Source of the DNA: Flavobacteriaceae bacterium
GTDB lineage: Bacteria; Bacteroidota; Bacteroidia; Flavobacteriales; Flavobacteriaceae
DNA: 64,000 bases
Assembly (NCBI GenBank): GCA_040830565.1
Contig: JBFOMC010000068.1
Span: forward strand, 610 to 64,609
Direction: 5' to 3'
Positions 58,101 through 64,000 of the stretch are shown here, piece after piece; within the stretch, counting starts at the first letter, position 1; each line of letters opens with the position of its first letter. The notes under the pieces are model-generated. The model was not told where the DNA came from. It searched no databases and worked only from the letters and a program-made list of their open reading frames with translations. The position numbers and the translations under genes were made by a program.

Positions 58101-58434
58101 TTTTGTCAATGGCCGAGAACAGTCGGCCTCCAAATTCTGGGAGCACCTTTACTATTAGATATTCGTTTTCGAGGTAGACCATATCATAAGTGACGTCTAC
58201 CAGGGAATCGCCCAATTTGGTCTGAGATGGATAAGGATATACATGGCCCTGGGCACCCTGAACTCCCCGGCCGGTGTAAAAAATCGGGCTGGTTTCGTCT
58301 TGTCCTCTTTTGTAGGTCGGAATGACCTCTTTTCCTTCATATACCTTTACCTGACTATATAAATTGTTGTGCAGGAGGACACAAAATAGCAGTAGTAGAA
58401 ATAATAGACCTGATAGAATTTTCTTGTGTTTCAT
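55117..58434 (-). CDS. secreted DUF5107-like N-terminal domain fused to ~600 aa of TPR repeats; function unknown
   Basis: 1105 aa. Signal peptide. The N-terminal ~450 aa are beta-rich (VKVYEGKEVIPTYKRGQDETSPIF ... GGIEWCFPHHHR), as I recall for DUF5107. The C-terminal half has many 34-residue TPR-like units (e.g. GELYYYTGLAQRALGLDEEAYANLARA). Confidence 0.6.
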   Translation of the reverse strand: MKHKKILSGLLFLLLLFCVLLHNNLYSQVKVYEGKEVIPTYKRGQDETSPIFYTGRGVQGAQGHVYPYPSQTKLGDSLVDVTYDMVYLENEYLIVKVLPEFGGRLFSAIDKTNGHELFHTNSVIKPDLIGTLGAWISGGIEWCFPHHHRTSTLMPSDYRTVENNDGSATIWIGETEKTIRARGVIGMTLHPGRSYIEVDYRINNTSTLTKTFLFWANVAITSNEDFRTFWPPSQEIGVFHNNNSFIRWPISNKTDDYGRTSYPEGVDLTWWKNHPNPVSFFMWDIKEGFIGGYDYGQKAGTVHVGDPHENNASKLWQFGPGLQGQNARRKLTDDGKAYVELMTGTFSNNQPDYSWILPHSVKDAKNYWYPLRDIEIAKNSTIDASVTLQMRNAKTVFYGFNTTRVFKGAKFVLKSGEDILVEQIIDIDPAKPFTATHKSRKALDEYQLSIQLTDSDGRELVGYTPYKPKYPELPEPQERVKKARDIETVEDLYLTGRFVEQFNRPGINPDDYYLAALKKSPNDYRTNIALGIRRLNQTKYEEALKYLKTAADKLKVKYFQPKEGELYYYTGLAQRALGLDEEAYANLARATWYYQWFSAANFQLAQLESEKGNFPKALEYITEAYSTNTRDGRIVTLYSALLRKLGQKDQAHKLLDEQLAYDPLNFSALYEKALLDGKSSLDNWQKNMQDPDNNYLEIAVQYLNAGMADEGISLLSGPKSSKNPLVYYYLSKFYADLGKEAEMNEALNKAQNASLEYSFPYREETEMVLKHAISRNPKDVTAYYLMGNLLYDNRPVDAMASWKSASEIDNSIPMVWRNLAFAAFYHAKEPAAAIDYMTKAIELENSVPLWYSELSKYYDASESDFRENLKILRNNIEFVKEDVSAPKKFVELLNLNSEYDEAIDFLGTHHFRTWEGGRETYWHYVDAHVLKALQLMENKKYPKAIEHLESAFLYPENLEVGKPTHDEKNAMIHYLIGQAHDNMGAKKKAMSSYTKSAASRNGRGMFDLLYFQAKAHKELGNTSKSREMFENLIAQARAQREGGTSIRLVAVEEASSGNNKASSNSYYLEALGNLGLGNKEDAQHLFQKALEEYPNNLWAKVMMNL

Positions 58435-58512
58435 GATAAATGTTCTTAGTTCACTTAGACCGACCCATACAATTGTTTTAAGGCCTTTTTTGGTTGATAT
58501 AATTTCAAAATA

Positions 58513-61410
58513 TTAAAACCATTCGGACAGCACAAAGCTATTTAACCAAACAGCTTTTTCTTCCGGACTGGTAAAATGTATCATCACCGGATGTTCTCCA
58601 TCCGATTCAAAAAATAGTTCCGCATTGCCAAAGGCTTCGGTTTGCATATCTTTTCCTTCGGTAACGGTAATATTTGAATGCACATTTGTGCCGTTGATGT
58701 CTTTTATGGTAATACTTATATTCGTAGCATAAGGGATACGGTAAATTTCGTATGTCGATATTTTTTCCTGATTAGGATCCATGCTGTCTGTGTTGGTTCT
58801 GGGGGCATGATGCACTGTACTTAATTTGTAATTCCCTCTTTTTAGGCCAGAAAATTCCAAACTCAGTCCGTCTTTAGACTCACTCAAAACCCCTTCCCCA
58901 TTAGCGAAACCATATTTGCCCATCACATTGATCTCTCCCAACCATCTTGTTTTAGCAGGATCATTTGCTGCCTCAACCGTAGCAGAGAACCCGCCTAAAA
59001 TATCGAAGGTCTTGGTAGAGGAGCTTCGGTCTTTGCCCGTCCAGGGCAGCCAATCAAATTGTACTAACTGTTCTTCTCCACCGAGATCTACCCTTATAGA
59101 TTGAAAATCATATATAGGCTTCTGATTTTTTCTTATCATGTTAAAATCAGTTTTTACGCTGGTTACAGATGCTGTACCACTCTTGAGACCTTTGGCCTTG
59201 GCAGTTACGGTAATAGCAGATGGAACTTCTCCTGCCTTTATCAAAACTGGAGCCACACCGTATTGTGTTGGCATAGGGTTGGAACCTATGTTTTCGGCAT
59301 CCCCGATAATGGTTGCATCTCCCTTGAGGCTAAAATCAACATTTAGGTCAGCATCCCTAATAAGGGTCCCATTTTTGTCTAACACCTTGGCATAGCCAAC
59401 TACGATATCTGAACCATCAGCAGTAAAATTACGTCCTTCTAGATCTAATTCCAGATCAATCTCATAGGGAGCTTCGGGGGTACTTGCAACGGTTGAAACT
59501 ACAGTTTTATCATCCACAATGCCGTTGGCTATGATGGACCCCGGTATAAACCTTGGTGTTGTGAAAATGAAAGGAGGGTGCTTCAAGTATTTATACTTGT
59601 CCTTTTTTGACGGTCCCTTCTCGGCGATAATCTTACCATTCAACACTAACTGTACTTTTTCGGTATTACTGAAAACTACCACCTGTTTAGTTCCTTTCTT
59701 CCAGTCTGTCTCTATATGTATGAAAGGGTAATCTGTTAGTTCGGCCTTATACCATGACAAACCAGGTCTGGGATATCTGAAAACCGTCATAAAACCACTT
59801 CGACTTCTATCTTTAGGATTGTCTGATGGATGAAAAGTATAGTATGCATGGGCGGTCCAGGATATAAGTCCTAACTTCATAGGATCGTTCATATATTCAT
59901 TTACGGCTTCGGGACCTCTTCTTCCCTCCATGGCCAATACGGGTTCATCACCGCTCCAGTAATAAGGACCATACACCATCTGTCCATAGATATCTGTAAG
60001 ACCCGAGGTTTGCCAACCTGTCCATCTGCTACTCTGCGATGCTGTAAATCTGAATGGATCTTCCTGCTTTATGACATTATGTGCTCTGGGAACATATCCC
60101 CGGTGATTAATACCTGCTCCCCAAATAAATACGGAGGTGTGGTTGCGATGATTTCTTACCATGGCCCGGGTAGCATTCTCAAAATTATCAAACCAGGCCT
60201 CATTGCCTATAGACATCCAGGTGGGCGCCTCTTCATACACCAGCATACCTAATTCATCACAAGCTTCCAGAACGGCGTTGTCATGTGGATAGTGGGCCGT
60301 TCTCAAGACATTCATTCCTAATTTTTTTAGTTGTAGCACGTCTTTATAATGTAAGGAATTTGGCATCGCATCGCCAATAAAACCATAATGCTGGTGCCTG
60401 TTGGTTCCTATGAGTTTTACCGGATCCCCATTGAGCAGGACTCCCTGGGTATTACTGATTTCAATTTTTCTGAATCCAATTTTATTCTCAATTTCGTCTA
60501 CCAGGATTTCTTCATTGTAAACCCTGGTGTTCACCCTGTAGAGATACGGATCATCTATCGACCAGAGGTGAAAATCGTCTTCAATGCTGCCAATTTGGTT
60601 AAAAACAACTTCCTCTCCAGGATTTATGATTCTTGTCTGGGACAATTTCAGGACGACAATTCCCCTATGATCAATAAGTCTTTCGACCACCGTAGTATTA
60701 CTTTCAACACTACCTTCGTTCTTTACTCCAGTTTTAATATTCACCGTTCCATTCATATTTACTGGATCTACGGTGGGAGTGGTAATGAATTGTCCTGAAC
60801 GCTCACTTTCCCAATTGAAGGTGATATGGAGCGGATTTGTTTCAACAAGGTAAAGGTCTCTATAAAGACCACCAAATTTGATATAGTCCATTGGTCCGGG
60901 ATCTGGGGGTACATCATCTCTCCTTCTATTATCGGCCAGTATAACAACTAAATTGGTGGTTCCATAATTTACAAAAGAAGATATGTCGAAATGAAAAGGG
61001 GTATATCCGCCAACGGCATGTTTGCCAACATGCTTGCCGTTTACCCAGACATCCGTAACCTGGTGTACTCCTTCAAACTCTAGAAAAACTTTCTTATGCC
61101 GTTCGGAAGTGACTTGAATATGTTTACGGTACCACCCAACATTTCTCATAAAAGTCTTTTGGTACTTATCATCTTGATAGCCATTTAGATCCATAGAGGT
61201 TAGCTCCAGAGAATGGGGAACATGAACCAGTTCCCAATTAGAGTCGTCTAATTCCGGGTCAAAGTAATTGGCCTCGGGGTTCCCTAATTGAAATCGCCAA
61301 TTAGCGTTAATGCAGGTTTTACTTCTTTCAGCATTTTGAGCAAAGCAGAAAAGTGGTAATAGAAGTAAAAAGGACAGAGTGCGAGGTATAGAAATAATAG
61401 AGAAACGCAT
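58513..61410 (-). CDS. GH2 family glycoside hydrolase (beta-galactosidase-like) with a C-terminal accessory region of ~330 aa
   Basis: 965 aa. Signal peptide. NWRFQLG, VPHS, FEGVHQVTDVWVNGKHVGKHAVGGYTPFHFDIS, NVLRTAHYPHDNAVLEACDELGMLVYEE, WMSIGNE (acid/base block). Confidence 0.88.
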   Translation of the reverse strand: MRFSIISIPRTLSFLLLLPLFCFAQNAERSKTCINANWRFQLGNPEANYFDPELDDSNWELVHVPHSLELTSMDLNGYQDDKYQKTFMRNVGWYRKHIQVTSERHKKVFLEFEGVHQVTDVWVNGKHVGKHAVGGYTPFHFDISSFVNYGTTNLVVILADNRRRDDVPPDPGPMDYIKFGGLYRDLYLVETNPLHITFNWESERSGQFITTPTVDPVNMNGTVNIKTGVKNEGSVESNTTVVERLIDHRGIVVLKLSQTRIINPGEEVVFNQIGSIEDDFHLWSIDDPYLYRVNTRVYNEEILVDEIENKIGFRKIEISNTQGVLLNGDPVKLIGTNRHQHYGFIGDAMPNSLHYKDVLQLKKLGMNVLRTAHYPHDNAVLEACDELGMLVYEEAPTWMSIGNEAWFDNFENATRAMVRNHRNHTSVFIWGAGINHRGYVPRAHNVIKQEDPFRFTASQSSRWTGWQTSGLTDIYGQMVYGPYYWSGDEPVLAMEGRRGPEAVNEYMNDPMKLGLISWTAHAYYTFHPSDNPKDRSRSGFMTVFRYPRPGLSWYKAELTDYPFIHIETDWKKGTKQVVVFSNTEKVQLVLNGKIIAEKGPSKKDKYKYLKHPPFIFTTPRFIPGSIIANGIVDDKTVVSTVASTPEAPYEIDLELDLEGRNFTADGSDIVVGYAKVLDKNGTLIRDADLNVDFSLKGDATIIGDAENIGSNPMPTQYGVAPVLIKAGEVPSAITVTAKAKGLKSGTASVTSVKTDFNMIRKNQKPIYDFQSIRVDLGGEEQLVQFDWLPWTGKDRSSSTKTFDILGGFSATVEAANDPAKTRWLGEINVMGKYGFANGEGVLSESKDGLSLEFSGLKRGNYKLSTVHHAPRTNTDSMDPNQEKISTYEIYRIPYATNISITIKDINGTNVHSNITVTEGKDMQTEAFGNAELFFESDGEHPVMIHFTSPEEKAVWLNSFVLSEWF

Positions 61411-61603
61411 ATGCCGGTAGCTTAATTAAATAGAGCTGAATTGCCATTGCCCGGGGGTAGGGTATAGAGCAAACATCATCTAAAAATAAAGGTAACTCAA
61501 GCAATTATGGCCTTATAAGACATATGTCCTAATTTCCATAACAGATGTTCTAATTAAGAGAAGGGTGCATAGACCTGAGGATATTCTTTTGCCAGGCTTT
61601 GGG

Positions 61604-61635
61604 ATAAAAAAACAGCCTCCAAGAAGGAGGCTGTT
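61604..61635 (-). terminator. rho-independent terminator of the T9SS-cargo gene
   Basis: 10-bp perfect stem AACAGCCTCC / GGAGGCTGTT (61611..61620 and 61626..61635), 5-nt loop. On the minus strand it is followed by a T7 run (A-run 61606..61612 on plus). Confidence 0.8.
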
Positions 61636-61661
61636 CAGAAATATATTAAAGATATTGGTCT

Positions 61662-63656
61662 TTATTGTTTCACTAATGGTACGGTATAACTAGATCCTTT
61701 TGATTGCAAGATTAGATAGTAAACTCCATTGTTCTTGTTATTAAAAGAATCAAGATTAAACTCTGCATTTTCACCGGCCCTGTCCACAGTAATTTTCCCG
61801 GCTTCTATTGCCGCTCCTGAAGTGCTGATAAGGCTGTAATTAACCTCTCCTACAACTTCTTCCGGAACTTTTACAGAGAATCTTCCATTTTTGATAGGAT
61901 TTGGGAAAACATAAATTTCCCCGATAGCTTTGCTGCTAAGATTAGATCCTGCCGTAAAATTGACCGTGGTAGCGCCAAGTCTTGTGCCAGTTCTATTGGG
62001 ACCAGACCAGGCTTCTGCGGTCAAAGTATAAGAACCAACTGGTAAATTCACCGAAGCGTAATTCCCATTGTTATCTCCGAAGAGTGCATATGGAGCAGAA
62101 TTTTCAGTCCACACTTGATTCCTGGGTCCAGTGAGTCTGAAGTAAACACTTCTTGTTCCACTGAAAGAGGAGTTAGCCCTTATATTCTTATTATTTGGGA
62201 ATCTGATATTATTCCCGTTGGGAATAGGACCTAGAGCAGTGTTGGTAGTTGCATTTATCAGCGTAAATGTAATACCTCCTCCTCCACCTGTTGGTGGTGG
62301 TGGTGGCGGTGGTGGTGGTGGTGGAGCACTTCCACCTACTGTAAAGCTTACTGTGGCTTCTGCTGTAGCACCATCATTATCGGTAACCTGGGCTCTAACG
62401 GTATAGCTGCCTTCGGTAACATTTCTGATAGGGTGCGGTGTAAAATTAGATCCGTCAGTGTCTACTAAGCGGCCGTTGACCCATATGCGGTGTCTTACTA
62501 CGCTTCCGTCAGGATCGTTAGCAGATAAATTCACATTCACGGTGCTTCCTGCGTTAAAATTTGCTCCATTGTTCGGACTAGTAATGCTGACTGTTGGAGG
62601 ATCATTTTCTCCAGAAGGCGGTGGAGGTGGTGGAGGTGGGTCATTACTTCCACCTACCGTAATACTTACAGTGTCTTCATCTGTACCTCCATCATTGTCG
62701 GTTACCCTTGCTCGGATCGTATAACTACCTGCAGAAATATTTCTGATGACATGGGGAGTGTAATTGGAACCATCTGTATCCACTCTGCTGCCATTCACAA
62801 AAATTTCATGTCTTACTACATTCCCGTCAGGGTCATTAGCAGAAAGGTTAACTGTTACGTTACTTCCTGCATTAAAGCTTTCACCGTTATCAGGATTGGT
62901 AATGTTTACCGTAGGATCTTCATTTTCCCCTGATGGTGGTGGCGGCGGCGGTGGCGGTGGCGGTGGTGGAGATCCTCCTCCACAGCTAGTCTGAGATCTG
63001 CTTGTACTTTGCGCCTGGGCCAAAGAATATTGATTGGTCTTAAAAAGTACCATTCTATCAATAAAATGACCATTAGATCTCCCTGCAACTTCAATAGTGT
63101 ATACTCCAGGGTTATTGAATGTCACAAAAATCAGATGTGGATCATTGTCGCTGGTATTGGTAGCCCAATTCCAGCCCATGGTATTGGTGTATACTTTAAA
63201 GTACCCATTTGCGCTGGCCCCTTCAGGGTTTGGTGATCTTCCTGAACCTCTCGGAAAAATTCGGCTACTTCCTCTTTGAGCATAAAAATTTGATGCCCCA
63301 GGAATCCTTAGCCAGGAATCGTTATGCTCTGTATTGGCATTATGACTGGCAATTACACCGATCCTGTTCCGCCAAACAAAACGATAGGTACCCGTAGAAT
63401 TAATTCGTACGGTGTATCTGGCTACGTTACTACTTGGGCTGCCAAAGGAATTACTTCCTCTGTATGCCATATATGCGCCACCGGTAGCTCCGGATACTGA
63501 GGTTTCTCTCCTCCAGGCCGATGGCCTCGTACCGTTTTCCGCTTCTATGACGGCAATACCATTTACCTCCTGGAACTGAGCGCCAGTACACTGGCTCTGA
63601 CCTTCGTAGGCAAATAGCGCTATTAAACAAATAATGAGAGTAGTTTTTAACTTCAT
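61662..63656 (-). CDS. T9SS-secreted multidomain protein: lectin/CBM-like domain, two tandem Ig-like repeats, a second CBM-like domain and a Por/T9SS C-terminal sorting domain, joined by poly-proline linkers
   Basis: 664 aa. Signal peptide. Pro12 (62934..62969), Pro8 (62616..62639) and Pro11 (62292..62324) linkers. Two ~96-aa repeats. C-terminal 85 aa (61665..61919) with the VFPNPIKNGRFSV ... GVYYLILQS pattern of T9SS type-A sorting domains. Confidence 0.85.
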   Translation of the reverse strand: MKLKTTLIICLIALFAYEGQSQCTGAQFQEVNGIAVIEAENGTRPSAWRRETSVSGATGGAYMAYRGSNSFGSPSSNVARYTVRINSTGTYRFVWRNRIGVIASHNANTEHNDSWLRIPGASNFYAQRGSSRIFPRGSGRSPNPEGASANGYFKVYTNTMGWNWATNTSDNDPHLIFVTFNNPGVYTIEVAGRSNGHFIDRMVLFKTNQYSLAQAQSTSRSQTSCGGGSPPPPPPPPPPPPSGENEDPTVNITNPDNGESFNAGSNVTVNLSANDPDGNVVRHEIFVNGSRVDTDGSNYTPHVIRNISAGSYTIRARVTDNDGGTDEDTVSITVGGSNDPPPPPPPPSGENDPPTVSITSPNNGANFNAGSTVNVNLSANDPDGSVVRHRIWVNGRLVDTDGSNFTPHPIRNVTEGSYTVRAQVTDNDGATAEATVSFTVGGSAPPPPPPPPPPPTGGGGGITFTLINATTNTALGPIPNGNNIRFPNNKNIRANSSFSGTRSVYFRLTGPRNQVWTENSAPYALFGDNNGNYASVNLPVGSYTLTAEAWSGPNRTGTRLGATTVNFTAGSNLSSKAIGEIYVFPNPIKNGRFSVKVPEEVVGEVNYSLISTSGAAIEAGKITVDRAGENAEFNLDSFNNKNNGVYYLILQSKGSSYTVPLVKQ
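62328..62933 (-). repeat. intragenic tandem duplication (2 x ~288 nt, period 318 nt) encoding Ig-like domains
   Basis: SGENEDPTVNITNPDNGESFNAGSNVTVNLSANDPDGNVVRHEIFVNGSRVDTDGSNYTPHVIRNISAGSYTIRARVTDNDGGTDEDTVSITVGGS aligns without gaps to SGENDPPTVSITSPNNGANFNAGSTVNVNLSANDPDGSVVRHRIWVNGRLVDTDGSNFTPHPIRNVTEGSYTVRAQVTDNDGATAEATVSFTVGGS. Confidence 0.9.
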
Positions 63657-64000
63657 ACTTTAAATGTTAGTGGGGTTAGTAAAAAATTTAGATTGTATAT
63701 CAGTAATAAGGTAATTACAAATGGAAAGGGTGCATAGGTATGAACCTAAAGCTAATACATGTGGGGTCAATCGTTTCATACGAATGAGTGGGTGATGATT
63801 AGTTTTTTGCAATTGTCGTATATCTACTTATTATACATATACGATGAAAAGACCAATTTAGTCTACGAACGGCAAAAAAAATCAATTATTGTCTAAAAAA
63901 CAACTACTTAGGCTTAAAATATCGGTTTGTCAAACTAAATAATCGCCAATTGTAGAGAAAGGAAGCTTGAATGAAGGAAAAAGAGACAAAAAGATGAGGA

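Noticed and set aside
60388-60798. 136-aa plus-strand ORF inside the GH2 gene, together with several 60-85-aa ORFs at 58916..60252.
   Set aside because: They are antisense to a continuous 965-aa GH2 frame with canonical motifs.
62218-62994. Plus-strand ORFs containing poly-glycine runs, and (GGT/GGC)n low-complexity DNA that could be mistaken for a microsatellite or CRISPR-like repeat.
   Set aside because: They are the reverse complement of the poly-proline linkers (CCN)n of the minus-strand T9SS cargo gene. There is no repeat-spacer architecture.
1-64000. Search for mobile elements, prophage, defence systems or CRISPR arrays.
   Set aside because: No transposase, integrase, recombinase, Cas, restriction-modification or toxin-antitoxin-like ORFs were recognisable. 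The only signs of rearrangement are the sulfatase relic and the two interrupted genes.

Overview
This window looks like a chromosomal segment from a marine Bacteroidota (Flavobacteriia-type) bacterium. The evidence is a SusC/SusD pair, a T9SS C-terminal sorting domain, many lipoprotein-type signal peptides and seven S1 sulfatase genes or remnants. It is almost fully coding (about 45 genes). I saw no rRNA, tRNA, CRISPR array, transposase, integrase or phage genes. The content reads as a large utilisation island for sulfated and methylated red-algal galactans (agar, porphyran, carrageenan).

Main blocks, left to right:
- A partial GH29 fucosidase.
- An AraC regulator divergent from a 7-gene operon: P450, ferredoxin, ferredoxin reductase, Zn-ADH, esterase, PhyH-type dioxygenase and sulfatase.
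- A PSCyt/DUF1549/DUF1553 and DUF1501 pair of unknown function.
- A second AraC regulator followed by a 3,6-anhydro-D-galactose-like module (cycloisomerase, aldehyde dehydrogenase, KDPG(al) aldolase, KDG(al) kinase), a GH78-like enzyme, three sulfatases and a GntP permease.
- SusC/SusD followed by two FG-GAP/VCBS proteins and a membrane-spanning TPR-LuxR regulator. One FG-GAP protein carries a CxxCH motif and the other an UnbV_ASPIC domain.
- GH117 plus a complete 3,6-anhydro-L-galactose module and a RhaT-like transporter.
- A frameshifted sulfatase, an SDR and a DUF5060 glycosidase-like gene with an in-frame stop.
- An enolase-superfamily dehydratase with a Tat signal.
- A minus-strand GH2, DUF5107/TPR and CBM9-like operon.
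- A T9SS-secreted multidomain protein with poly-proline linkers.

The best candidates for undescribed biology are:
- the heme-motif/Tat-exported PSCyt-DUF1553 + DUF1501 pair;
- the SusCD + FG-GAP/ASPIC + TPR-LuxR module, which has no CAZyme;
- the Tat-signal galactonate-dehydratase-like enzyme next to DUF5107;
- the PhyH dioxygenase inside the demethylation operon.

All family assignments come from motif recognition by eye. No database search was run.
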